A DNA stretch of 56,634 bases, counting the filler, from Basidiobolus meristosporus CBS 931.73 (lineage: Eukaryota; Fungi; Basidiobolomycota): the NCBI GenBank assembly GCA_002104905.1. It is 3 parts of 3 records of this genome, joined end to end, with 100 filler letters (N's around TTAATTAATTAA, not from the genome) between each part and the next. Parts side by side here need not be neighbours in the genome. Positions count along the whole stretch, not along the records: positions 17,833 to 39,703 come from MCFE01000983.1; positions 39,804 to 56,634 come from MCFE01001109.1; 1 more part is not named here. The stretch is one strand, 5' to 3'. Shown here piece after piece: positions 32,677 to 45,946 of the stretch. Numbering within the stretch: the stretch's first letter is position 1; every line of letters starts with the position of its first letter. The notes under the pieces were generated by a model. The model saw only the letters and a list, made by a program, of their open reading frames with translations, did not search any database and was not told the origin of the DNA. Both the position numbers and the translations under genes were made by a program.

Positions 32677-35409
32677 TGTTGTAAGAGTATTGGAGAAATT
32701 GGAAGTGATTGGGAGAATAAGTAGATTATGTGGTTTTCACTTAATGATTTATTGAATGTAAAAGTAGTATTTATACTTTTACCTGGTCTTGGCATTACAA
32801 ACACGTAGAATAGGTTAAGGAAGGTCCCAAGAACATGTGTGTAAAGTTTGGGGCTGTTTGGACAACTTTGAGAATTTTCATGTTCTGGGTACCTGGTATT
32901 TTGGTGAAAATATTCTAAGTAAATCCCAACAAGGAATTTGGTCAGCATTCTCTGGGATTTGAAGGTAATGATCTCAGTGACTAAGTTAGGTGAATATTTA
33001 GGTGGAAATACAAATTTTTACAACACTCCCACTCAGCTAAATGCTCATACTGACTAGTCCTAATTTTGACCTAAGATATTCAAACTTGTCTCTAGCTAAT
33101 GGTTTGGTAAACATGTGTGCAATCATTTCATCTGTAGGAGAGTAAACTAAGCTAACTAAGTTATTCTCTATAGCTTCACATATGAAATGATGTCTAATAT
33201 CTATGTGCTTAATTCTAGCATGAAAAGTTGGATTTCTACCTAATTGTATACATCCTTGATGATCTTGAAATAAAGTAATAGACGTTTTTTGATATAGGCC
33301 TAAATCTGTAAACAGCTTTCTTAACTACATTGCTTCTTTTGTAGCTTCACAGGCTGCAATATACTCTGCCTCTGTGGTGGAAAGTGCTACGGTAGGTTGC
33401 TTTCTTGAATTCCATGATATTGCTCCTTTACAGTAAAGAAATGTGTATCCTGTGGTGGATCTTCTGTCTTCTAAATTTTGTCCCCAATCTGCATCAGAGT
33501 ATCCCACAAGATCCTGTTCTGAATCCTTATAAGTATATCTTAAGCAGTTATCAGCAGTTCCTTTTAGGTATCTAAAAATCCACTTAACTGCTGCAATATG
33601 ATCAGATCCATAGTTCTGATTATGTTGGCTGACAACACCCACTGAATATGAGATATCTGGACATGTTCCAAGCATGATATACATCAGACTGCCAACCATA
33701 GATTGATAAGGAAAGTCTGGGCTTTCAGATGGCACCAAGCTCTCTTGATTTGGTTGAGTTTTGACCAAGTTAAGGTTTGTCTCCATTGGGGTAGCTGCCG
33801 GTTTACAGTCTTCCATTTTGTACTTCCTTAGTATATCTTGAATATACTTGGATTGACTTAGGGTGATAGTCTGGGTACTTCTGTCTATGGAGAACTTAAT
33901 CCCTAAGTAGTAACTAAGTTCTCCTAGATCGGACATCTTGAACTCCTTAGATAGGCTGGATTTAGTCTCTTCCAATGTTTCTAGGTTATTGGCAGCTATA
34001 GTAAGATCATCCACATATAGAGCTAATAGAACTGGATTTGCTCTATCTGGCTTATAGTATATACTATAGTCAGCATTACTTCTTTTGAAACTCAAAGATT
34101 CCAAATAAGAATCTATCTTGCAATTCCAGGCTCTTGGTGATTGTTTGAGACAATATAGTGACTTTTTAAGCTTGCAGACCAAATGGGGGTTATCTTGGTC
34201 AACAAACCCATCAGGCTGGTCCATATACATGTGCTCATCAAGTTCTTCATTCAAGAATGCAGTTTTTACATCCATTTGATAAATAAAAAACTTATATTTT
34301 GCTGCAATAGCCAAAATTAATCTGATGGAATTAAACTTGGCTACCGGTGCAAAGGTCTCAGTATAGTCAAGTCCTTTGGTTTGAGAGTATCCTTTGGCTA
34401 CAAGTCTTGCTTTGTATCTCTCAATTGTACTATCAGCCTTGTATTTTGTCTTGAAGACCCATCTGCATCCAATTGATTTTTGGTTGATTGGTAATTTGAC
34501 TAAGTCCCAAGTTTGATTTTCCATCAGGGCCTGATATTCCTCAGTCATTGCAGATTTCCAAAATCTTGTCTGAGGCTATTTAGGGCCTCTTTTACAGTCT
34601 GGGGTTCATCAATATGGACTGAATAGGCATAGGCTAAGTTTGTACCCTCATTGATATAGAAATTTGGGCTATTTCTTGTCCAATTGGATCTCCAGGCATT
34701 TGATATTGGAATGATCATCACTTCTGGGATATTCCTGGGCACTGATTCTGGCTGAACCACAGTTGTAGAGTCCTCTGGAGTGAAAAATTTTCATTGTTTT
34801 GCTCTGATTCAATCCTGACAATTGGTGGATTTGAGATCAAATTTTTGTCATCATCTGATGTCATTTTTTGTGAAAATTTTGAATTTTCATCAAACAACAT
34901 ATCCCTGGACTTGATCAGCTTCTTTGCTCCAGTATTGTAGAGTCTGTATGCCTTACTCTCATTGCAGTAGCCAAAAATACGCATTTTACACTTTTTGGTT
35001 CAAATTTTGACTGATTTCCGGCCAGTTTTTTGGCATATGCTGTACACCCAACTATTCTAAGATGTTCTGCACTTGGTCTGTATCCATACCATGCTTCAAA
35101 TGGAGTAGAATCACAAAGTATTCTGTTATAACTTCTATTTTTAAGGTACACAGCAGTGGCAACTGATTCCGCCCAAAAATCATAGGATAATTTTTGATCA
35201 TGGATCATAGATCTTGCCATATCAATTATTGATCTGTTAGCTTGTTCTGCTACACTATTTTGCTGTGGGGAGTAGGGTACAGCAGTCTCTTGTTTTATCC
35301 CATGAATTTTGCAGAAGTGGATGAAGAGTTTTGAGGTATATTCTCCACCACTGTCAGAGCGTATTTTCTTGATTTTTTCACCAGTTTCTCTCTCCACCAT
35401 GGCTTTAAA
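32677..35409 (-). mobile_element. Second copy of the copia element (3' LTR 32677-33025, RT/RNase H, integrase), truncated at 35409
   Basis: Reverse-orientation match to 20455-23186; ORF 33325..34548 is copia RT. Confidence 0.93.
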
Positions 35410-36035
35410 TGTTATGATCTGCCGCTTGAATGTTTAAGTTAGATCAGTTTTTAGTCAAATCAATTAGTATATGTTTAGGTTATCAGTATATTAGTATTAT
35501 CTATGAAATCAGTAGCATTAGTCAGCAAATGAATCAGCAGATCCTTATCAGACAGAAATAGATATATTAAGTAGGATCTTATTGGGTGATGATGATGCAA
35601 TCAAATGAGTCATCAGCCACAACCTACATTAGGAAATACAATTAGTCAGCAATTGATCTGGCAAAATGTATATAAGGAGCTGCTGGATCAGGTAGTGGTA
35701 ATATGAAACCCCTGTGTCATGTGGTTGCCTCTTATGGTAGTAGGATAGGAGGGTTATGAAACCAAAATGGTCACATGACATGGGCACCGTTGGGGTACTT
35801 GCCTTATATGGTAACTATCTTATCTTGGCATCTCGGCAAGGAATAGGAATAGCTTGTGCAATGGGTTAATAGTGACAAATAGTTTGTCAGGTTGCATAGT
35901 AATAATCACATAGACAGAATAGAAAATATTGCAATTTGGGATGATACTACTTTGGGGGGGGTAATCCTTTTTTAGGGAAGTGAACATATGAGAATGAGCA
36001 CATCTGCCTGTGGGTGTCACTGTGACCCCACTACA
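35410..36035. mobile_element. LTR-like segment (626 bp) sharing a ~50-bp terminus with the 28010 LTR
   Basis: TG...CA ends; atatgagaatgag.acatctg...gggtgtcactgtgacc.cacta.a shared with 29030-29078. Confidence 0.6.
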
Positions 36036-39000
36036 CCGGTACCATGGCAGAGTCAATGAAAACCTGGGAACTTGGCTCTTTCAGATTGAAGAAGCTTTTA
36101 AAGCAAAAGGGATTGCTCCAGAGAGCAAGTTGCATTATGCAGCTTCTTACCTGGCAGATGCAGCTTTACAGTGGTACCACAACAAGATAAGGTCAGCTAC
36201 TATAATGGGATGCACTACAATCTCTACCTGGGATGAGTTTGTGTTGGAAATTCAGGATGCTTTTGAACCTCCACACCAGCAGACACTACTAAGAAGGAAG
36301 TTAAAGACACTCAGACAGGAAGGAATGGTGCAAGAATACATCTATGAGTACAGATGTCTACTTGGACAAATTGAATGAATGGACCCCTTGGATCAAGTTG
36401 AATACTTTATTGATGGGTTGAAAGAAAGAACTTGCAAGGAAGTCAATTACCAAAGACCTCAGACTATTGAAGAAGCCATCAAGATTGCCATTGACTATGA
36501 CTCAGCTATGTTTGGAGTTGGGAAGCCTACAGTGACTAATCAGAAAGGCTATAATGATTATGAAGGAAGACAATCAGAAGCGGTACCAATGGAAATAGAT
36601 GCTATGCAGAAGAATCCCTCCTCAGAAGAATGCAAGAAGAGATGACTTTGCTTCAATTGCCACCAGCAGGGACATATTGCAAAGTACTGCCCTCAGAGAA
36701 GAAATGGACACCAGCCAACAAGAACCTTCAACAATATTGAGTCCCATGAACACAGTAATGGGGAAGATGAGCTTGAAGAAGACTTGGAACTCACCTTCCA
36801 TATGACAGAAGAGTACTTGTCCCAAATGACTTCAAACTCAGGGAAGTTATTGTACTTGAATGGAGTAATCAATGGAGTACCTGCCAAGATCATGATTGAC
36901 TCAGGAGCATTGCATGAGTACATGTCAGAGCAATTTGCTTTGAAAGCAGGAATCAACTTGGAAACTACTAAATCAACTTCAGTCTCCACAGCTGACGGGA
37001 ACTCCCACATAATCAACCGTATTACCCAGCCAGTAAGAATGAAGATCAAAGACTATGAAGAAGACCTACAGGCTTATATATTTGGGAACTGCAAGTTTGA
37101 CCTTGTACTTGGAAAAACCTGGCTATTTTGTTGTAATCCATCAATCAACTGGAGAACCCATGCTACTCAGATCCAAAAAGACAACAAGACCTATGAGCTA
37201 TTACCTGCCAGGCTGGATTTCAACTTGGTCAATTCCAGTGTGTGTGAGACAAGTGAACTTAGCAAGACACAGTTCTGTAGAGCACTTAGAAAAGGTACCA
37301 AGATGTTCCTCATGGCGGTATTACAGGAGGATTCCTCTACCCCAGCACCCCAGCAGATCCAGACTCTCTTGAAGAAATATTTAGATGTGTTTCCAGATGA
37401 GCTTGTAAGCCCACCACCAGTCAGAGGCGTGGATCATGCCGTTGACACAGGAGATAGCCCTCCAGTGAGCAAGACACCTTACAGAATGAGTCCATTGGAA
37501 TTGGAGGAAATGAAGAGACAAATTGATCAGCTATTGGAGCAAGGATACATCAGGCCCAGCAAGTCACCCTGGGGAGCACCAGTGCTTTTTGTGAAAAAGA
37601 AGGATGGAACACTTAGGATGTGCATTGACTACAGAGCCCTGAACTCAGTTACCGTCAGGAATAAGTACCCCATACCTCGGATTGATGAGCTTTTGGACCA
37701 ACTTAATGGAGCCACTATTTTCAGCAAGATTGACCTCATGTCAGGATACAACCAAATTAGGGTGAAACCAGAAGATATTCCTAAGACAGCATTTAGGACC
37801 AGATATGGACATTACAAGTACTTAGTCATGAGTTTTGGCCTCACTAATGCCCCTGCAACATTCATGACGCTGATGCAGACTATCTTTCAGGAGTACTTAG
37901 ACAAGTTTGTGATAATCTACCTGGATGACATATTGATATATAGCAAGACAGAAGAGGATCACGTAGCGCACATTGAAAAGGTCTTGAAGAAACTAAGAGA
38001 TAACAAGCTATATGACAAGCTAGCCAATTGTGAATTCTTCATGGAACACGTTGAATACCTGGGACACATGGTGACTAGCACAGGAGTGACCTTAGACCCT
38101 AAGAAGGTTGAAGTTATTAAGAATTTGAAGCAGCCCCATGGCATATTAGAACTCAGAACCTTCCTTGGAATGGTTTCCTATTATCAGAGATTTGTCAAGT
38201 CATTTGCAAGTATTGCAGCCCCTTTAACTGATATCCTCAAGAAAGACAATACCTACAAGTGGGACATAGCTTGTGAGACTGCCTTCCAGATGCTCAAGAA
38301 TGAACTTGCTAAGCTGCCAAGCCTAAGAATACCAGACTTCAGAAAAGAGTTCACTCTGTGCACAGATGCTTCAGATTATGCAATTGGTGGAGTGCTGAGC
38401 CAAGAACACAAGGGAAAGGACTACCCTGTTGCCTTTGAATCCAAGAAACTGAACTCAGCAGAACAAAACTATCCAGTCCATGAGAAGGAGATGCTTGCTA
38501 TAATACACTGTTTGAAGACATGGAGATGCTATATTGAAGGAGTCAAATGCACTGTGAAGACTGATCATGCCTCCCTCAAGTATATATTTACTCAGAAGGT
38601 ACTCTCTAGAAGAATGACAAGATGGAGTGAATACATTCAGCAATTTGACCTGGAGATTGTCTACTGCCCCGGAAAAACCAACACGGTTGCAGATGCCTTA
38701 TCAAGATTAGATCAAGCTGCACAACTCAACTTAGTGCATGAATCAGATTGGCCTAGCCTATTACCATAGTACTTGGAGGACCAAGCCATTCCTAATGAGG
38801 TGGATGAAGATATCAAGAAGATAATCCGTGATGAAGCCAGCAAATTTGTTGTACAGGATGAAACACTCTACCAAATTGTTGATGGAAGCTCTATTGCCTA
38901 TTGTCCTTATGTTGCTTGCCTGGATTTAATACATAAGCTACACAATGGATATGGACATCTTGGGATTGAAGGAACCTATAGCCTTGTGAAAGCCAGAGCA

Positions 39001-39180
39001 TGGTGGCCCAGAATGAAACAAGACATTGAGAAGCTAGTAAAAACATGCCCAAACTGCCAAATCAATCAAGGCCAGCCGCAAAGAATTGCCAAATTCTTCC
39101 CTTTGGAGCCTGTAAGACCATTTGAGAGATGGGGAATTGACTTTATTGGAAGACTGCCAACTACCAGGAAATGCAACTGT
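36036..39180 (+). mobile_element. Third Ty3/gypsy family, gag-pol with several stops
   Basis: gag ([29 protein letters not shown]), protease IMIDSGA, RT ([14 protein letters not shown]), RNase H ([17 protein letters not shown]), integrase HHCC and WGIDFIG. Confidence 0.93.
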
Positions 39181-39703
39181 TGTGGTGGTGTATAGGTCCA
39201 AGGGAGAGATACGTCCAACACTTCTCAAGTGTTTTGTGTGGGGTGTTCACTGGGTGCAATAACCTCTGGCAAAAGCTTGCTAGGAATACTTGGGTTCTGT
39301 CTCTAATCTAATGTGAAGGGGAATAAAGCCACAAGCTTGTCAAGGGAAAACTATTGAGCTACAATCCCCAATTTAGTTGGCATCTTAACAAAAGTATGTG
39401 CTGGGTTCAGCGTCCTTTGAGATGACAATGTACTAAAGCTTCCAAAGTCAAAACAACTGTAAACTCCACCAGCAGGGACTTGATAAGAATGCAGCTGTGG
39501 TCAATAGTTACAAAGACGGAAAAGTATCTTTGCCTGTACAAGAACAAACTTGGGAAAGAATCAAATAAAATAAAAGATACCTACTCTGAGTATTCCTCAC
39601 AAGTAGTGCCTCCAAGGTCAGTTGGCTGTTGGCGTGGTTTCCTGGGAGTGTCCTGTGGTCTGGGGTTGGAAGTTCAGGTAGCAGCAGGTAGCAGTGATCA
39701 CAC
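39181..39703. mobile_element. LTR of the 28010 family, cut by the contig end
   Basis: Roughly 90% identical to 28010-28530; inserted in the gypsy integrase. Confidence 0.85.
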
Positions 39704-39803
39704 NNNNNNNNNNNNNNNNNNNNNNNNNNNNNNNNNNNNNNNNNNNNTTAATTAATTAANNNNNNNNNNNNNNNNNNNNNNNNNNNNNNNNNNNNNNNNN
39801 NNN
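39704..39803. other. Artificial contig linker
   Basis: Same N44-TTAATTAATTAA-N44 as at 17733. Confidence 0.98.
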
Positions 39804-42700
39804 TGCACCCACCTTCAATAGTTACACCTCAGACCTGCCATTGAGTAGGTTTTCAGGGTAGTGCACAAGAAGCACAGATGCCTTTGGAGACACTTGGAGC
39901 ATCTAGAAAGCTAGAGATGCAGGAGCTTTTACCATAGTGACGTATTGGCCAAGACACTAGCAGTTTAGGCCCAGAGGTTATTGCACTCATCAGACACCTC
40001 ACACATCTTGAGTTGTGTAGCTTCTTAGGAGTCAGAGTCTTTTGAGCTTGGATATATACAAGGGCTTGGTAGGCAGTGTACAATGTAAAAAGGCTATGGC
40101 ATAGGTACTGATGAAACTTCTTCAAGGCAAAGACTATGGCAAGTAGCTCCTTCTTGGTGGCAGAGTGGTTTCTCTTAGCAAGTTGTAGAGACCTGGCTTG
40201 AAAATAAGTCCAATGAGGCAGACTTTGGTCTTTATCCTGATAGTGGACCGCTCCTAATACAACATTAGATGTATCTGTAGCAACAACAAAGGGCTTGGTA
40301 AAGTCTGTGTGGGATAAGATGGGTGCTTGTGGGAGTAGTTTGCAGAGCAACTCAAAGGCTTGGTCATGAGTCTTGTTCCAGGCTGAGGGGAGATCAGGGC
40401 TATGGTGTAATGCATCCAAAGGGGCACTCAATGAGGACATGAATGGTATGTGCTCAGTGAAATAGTTGAAAACCTCATGAAAATGATGAGGCTGCTGTTG
40501 TAAAAATTTGTAATTCCACCTAAACATTCACCTGACTTAGTCACTTAGATCATTATCTTCAAATCCTAGGGAATACTGACCAAATTCCTTGTTGGGATTT
40601 ACTTAGAATATTTTTACCAAAATACCAGGTATCCAGAACATGAAAATTCTCAAAGTTGTCCAAACAGCCCCACACTGTGCACACATGTTCTTGGGACCTT
40701 CCTTAACCTATTCTACGTGTTTGTAATGCCAAGACCATGTAAATGTATAAATACTACTTTTACATTCACTAAATCAGTAAGTGAAAGCCACATAATCCAC
40801 TTGTCCTCCCAATCACTTCCAATATCTCCAAGACTCCTACAACAGCTGCATGGTGCTAGTGGATTTTGACCATTCACAATGTTAACCAGTTTGGAAGGGT
40901 CTAGTTGGTGGCCAGCTGTTCTGACTATAAATCCAAGTAGATTGATTTAAAGACAAGCAAAACTGCACTTTTCAGCATTGAGAATCAGTCCAATGGCAGT
41001 CAGTCTGTTGATTACATCAGTGACATGAGTTGCATGATCATCATGGTTTGTGGAAAATATGATGACATCATTTAAAGACACTAATGTGTATGGAGCATTC
41101 TTGAGTGCTTCATTCATGACTCTCTGGGACTTGCTGGTCAGTGTCATTAGGCCATATGGAGCCCCCTGAAACATTCATTGCATATTATATCAAGTAAAGG
41201 CTGTCTTATGCAGATGATTAGGGTGGATCTGGAATTGGTGGTATGCATCCTTTAAGTCCAACTTGGAGAATACTTTTGCTCCTGATAGTGAGGAAAAGAT
41301 ATCCTGGATTCTTGATGCTGGAAATTTGTCATCTTGGAGAAGTTTGTTCATAGGTCTGGGGACCAAGCAGGGTCTCCTCAAAGTTGGATTCCCAGTAACA
41401 TCCTTCTTAGGTGCAAGCATCAAGGAACTGTTGAATGTTGTGTAGACAGGGACATGGGTGAAAATCCTATTTTCAGCCCATTTTTGGACTATTTCATCCA
41501 CCAAGTGTTGACAGGAATGCAGAATTGAGTATTTATCCCTCCATGTTGACCCTCTTGGTGGTGATCTAAGTGTAACAATTGATTCCAGAATAGTGCAGAT
41601 ACTCTTCCTTGTAATGGATCAGATTCTTTCTATGGCTGGCTGAGTATCCAATTTGACTGATTGAGAATATGCTTAGAAATCTGGGGTTGACTCTTCTTCT
41701 TCTGGTTGAGATGAGATAATTTCTGGAATCTGATTCATTATGTGTGGTCAAGATTTAGTGATTCTTGGATAGGACACTGGTAGTCTACCATTGTGAAAGC
41801 CAAGCATGATGAAGGTGTCTAGACCAATGACTCCCTGAGGTCCATCTGGAATGTCAATAACTTCTATCTGAAGGATTATAGTTATTGAGACACAATGTAT
41901 GTTGACTAGGTTGGTGATACCAGTTCTTGGTGCTGAGAGGTCTTTGGCTGCAAGTATGATTTTTGCTGGCTGTTTTCCATATCCAAGTTGAGTCCTTTGA
42001 GTTTGATGATCCAGTATCCAGTAGTACTCTCATATGATTGGCTTTGAGGGTAAGTTGCACCTCTATGGCTTTTAGCTGTGTGGCTGGTTGCTGCTTTTCT
42101 TTGACAGTTGCAATTTTAGCAGGAAACTCAGAGGTTATGATAATCCTGAGCTATAAGCTCTTAATATGCATCCTCATATCTTTTCATATCATTAGTTGAA
42201 TTATCATTTGGAATATAAGTAATTTTTGCTAATGGTGTAGAATTCTTCTCAGGACAGGCAGGTCATCTATATTCCATCTTTCCACATTTAAAGCAGTTGT
42301 CTTCAACATATAAGTTATCAACTCTGGTTTTTTGCTGCAACTCTTAGGCTTTATTTAAGCTTTCCATGAGTTGCAGTTTAGTCCTGCTTTCTTGAGGGGA
42401 TCTTCAAAATGGCTGCAAAAGAGTTCTGGGGCAGTTTTTCATGTACTATTGGACGGAATGTTCACTTGAACCCAGTTGGAATCATTTATGGTAAGACAGA
42501 TAGTCAGAGCTCTAGCCCAATGGGTGTCAAGGTCTAGCTGGTGTGCAGCTATCAATTACTATGGCAACATTCCCCAGAGCTTCTTTGATTATTATTATTT
42601 ATGGGTTTTGAGTGTTGTGATCATTCTGCAGTCACTAAATATTCATGCTAACTTAGTTGCACAGATCTTATTCTGTAATTAGCCCTCTGTCCTGACTAAG
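39804..42700 (-). mobile_element. Decayed copy of the chromovirus family (gag/PR/RT/RNase H)
   Basis: ORFs 41190..41504, 40947..41174 and 39853..40527 match 23189..24136. Confidence 0.88.
40496..40844 (+). mobile_element. Copia solo LTR with perfect 5-bp TSD GCTGC
   Basis: 349 bp TG...CA; GCTGC at 40491-40495 and 40845-40849. Confidence 0.95.
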
Positions 42701-45700
42701 CTTCTTGTCAGAAATTACTTTGAATATTTGCATCAAATTATCAGGCACCCAGATTATGATCTTTCTCACAGTTGTCCAAAAGACCCAAACTTTGCTCAAA
42801 TATTCTTAGGACCTTTCTTAGCAAACTCTACAAATTTGTTTGCCTTACTTATTCAAGGCATAAATAACCTACCAATGATCAATAAATGCAAGTGAGTAAC
42901 ATGTGAATCCTCTACTTCTCCCTGTCATATCCAATACTTCTCAGAGTATTGCAACATTAAGTACCTCCTTAGATGATTTTCAGTGCTGACTTAGGCTTCT
43001 TTCTTCCTTCTCCATATCACTTCATCTTATTAATTCCTCATCTAGGAGCCTGAGATATACTCAATATAAGATTAAATCCACAGTTCAAGACTCTAGCAGG
43101 GGTACCAAGCCCTAAAGTCTGTCTTTCAGGCTAGTTAAGAAGGTTTATTACCTCATTTGCATCAGGAGTGTGTATGCCCACAGATTTTATCTAACAACTA
43201 ACAGGACAATTGTGTTGATTAGATTTTTCATCTCTCCTCCTGGGAGCATCTTTGTAGTAGAGAGTTTTGTCTAACAGACAATTTCTTAGTAGCTGAACAT
43301 GCATGGTTGGTGACTTTGCTCCTGAGCATGGAACTAGCAACTTGACCCCAATATTAAAGCAAATGCACCAAAAGGTACTTTGTTCATTCTTTAGGTATAT
43401 TAGGGATTCTTCTTATAAAGCTTTAAGTGGGCTTTCTTCTCCCTTATCACTATCCTGAAGGCCTTTTTCTGTAGCAGCAGCTTGGGATTCCCCTTGCAGA
43501 ATTAGCATTTAGCTCCATCAAGCCTTTAAGATACCATTAATGGCAGTAGTAGACATACCATAGAGTGACAACATGGGGCTCATAGACTGTTGCATTTGTA
43601 TTGAAGTTATTGAAGGTAATTGGGAGAATAAGTAGAACTGGTGGCTTCACTTAATGGTTCATCATTTATAAATGTTGCACCATATATTTACATGCACTTA
43701 GCAGAACAAGCAAGTAGCATATGCTCAGGAGGGTCTCAAGAGCATGTGTGCAAAGTATGTGACTGTTTGGACAACTATGAGAAAATTCATATTTTGAGTA
43801 CCTGATGATTTGGCCAAAGTAATCCAAGTAAATCCCAACAAATACTCTGATCAAAGTTCTGTAATATCTGTAGGTAATGATCAAAGTGGCTAAGTAAGGC
43901 AACTATGTAGGTGCTACCAAATACTTTTACAACCAAGTCCATACACTCATGATACATAAAAATCTTAAAGCTGTTCCAACAGCCCCAAATGTTGAACACA
44001 TGTTGATGGGACTTTGCTCATAATACTCTATCCAGTTTTTTTGCCATGACTATCTACAAGTATAGATATTACTTTTGCAATCAGAAGTCAATAAGTAGTA
44101 ATCACATAACATACATGTTCTCCCAACCACTTACAATCTATACAGCTCTGACAGCAGCTGTTGAGTGCTAAGCTTTCATTTCATGGAATGTCTACCACTG
44201 CCATTAGTTGATTTCTCCCCTCTGCTGGAAAGCTTGATGGATCTAACAACAAAGTCTGAAAGGCAAAGGCAGCAATGATTCTATGCAACAGAGGCCTGTG
44301 GAGTAATGTGATGTAAATAGAATGTACTTGCTATGGTGTAAGAGAAGCAGCCCTAAGGTATCACAAGAAAGAACAAGGTATATGTAACTGCATTTACCTT
44401 AATGTCAAAGACATCCTGCTAGCTCAGTGCTCAAGAGACAAAACAGCCAGGAATGGCTATAAGTGATTAGAAGACACCTATAAGTCATGTTCAGCTGCAG
44501 AGAGAATGAATCAATTATAGAAAGGCTCCATAAAATGATGCTCCCAGGAAGTAAAATGAAGACCTACTTATCAGAAACAGCCCATTAGGTTGAAGAGATT
44601 GAATCAGTGAGAGTGCTAACTACCAATGAAGGAGTTACCCTCCTGAAAAGCCTGACTGGTAGGCTTCAGGGCCTTGTGTCATCCCAAAATTTATGAACTG
44701 TGGATCTGACTGTAGAAATAAGTATGGTGTTGTAAAAATTTGTGAGTGCACCTAAATACTCACCTAATTTAGTCACTTAGATTGTTACCTGCATATCTTA
44801 CAGAACTCCAACCAAATCCCTTGTTGGGATCTACTTGAAATATTTTCACCAATTTATCAGGTTCCTGGAACATCAAATTTTGTCAAGTTGTTCAAATGGC
44901 CCCAAACTGTGTATGCATATTCTTGGGACCTTCCTACACATATTTTATGTATTTGTTATGCCAAGACCATGTAGAAGTATAAATACTACTTTTACATTCA
45001 AAAAATCATCAAGTGAAAGCCACATAATCTACCTGTTCTCCCAATCACTTACAATATCTCCAAAACTCCTACAACATATGGAGGGCACCTGGATGAGGAG
45101 CTATGAGTATCAAGCCTTAATAAGAAGGAAGAAGATAACGCTTTGATAGCCAGCAATAACCAGCAATGAAGGCACTCAAGACCCTTGAAAAGAAATAAGA
45201 GTCTAGCTTGCAGCCAGCACAAAGGTAGGAACCCATAACATATTGGTGCTGCCAAAACAGAGATGATCAATCAAAAAAGCATGAATGTGAGAATGCTGTG
45301 ACCACTGAAGATAGACCAATTGTATCTGCACTACGTATGACAACAAGCAAGGATTCTCAGATATGGTATTTGAACTCTGAAGCATCCCAGCACTTTACAC
45401 ACCAAAAGGACTTCATACCCAGTATCAAGAGGTTCCAATCAAGAAGGTTTTCATGGGAGACAACAGACCACATCATGCAATTGGATAGGTAACTGTGTAA
45501 GTAAGCCTTAGAGGTAATGAAGGGAACCATTCACTTGCCTTCAGAGAGATACTCTGTGTATCAGAAATTACCAAGAACCTATTATCTCTGACCAAGGCCA
45601 CATCAGAAGGACTCGGTTTCAGTTTTGACAATTCCAGATACCAGATCACTGATCAAAGGCAATACTCTCAGAAATGCTGCAACAAAAACCACGTAACCTA

Positions 45701-45770
45701 CTTGTTCTCCCAATTGGTGCCAATCACTCCAAAACACTTATGACTGATCCAAAGTATCCATTAGCCAAAT
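42700..45770. mobile_element. Nest of degenerate copia LTRs and gag/pol fragments in both orientations
   Basis: Similarity by eye to 18508-20100 (for example 44200-44700 and 45080-45700 on plus, 42950-43560 on minus). Confidence 0.75.
44728..45076 (+). mobile_element. Copia solo LTR with perfect 5-bp TSD TATGG, inserted in gag of its own family
   Basis: 349 bp; TATGG at 44723-44727 and 45077-45081. Confidence 0.93.
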
Positions 45771-45946
45771 AGTGGGACTTTACCTCTCTCTCTCCCCCCC
45801 CCCTTCACTTGAGCATTTACGATCAGTCAGAATATGCCGGTTCATGACTGGTTTGCTTAGGATAGAAGACACCCAATGAAACAGCCATCAGATGTTTATT
45901 AGCCGGTCGCCAATTGAGTGGGGTAAGGTGGTGTGGCCAACGACCA

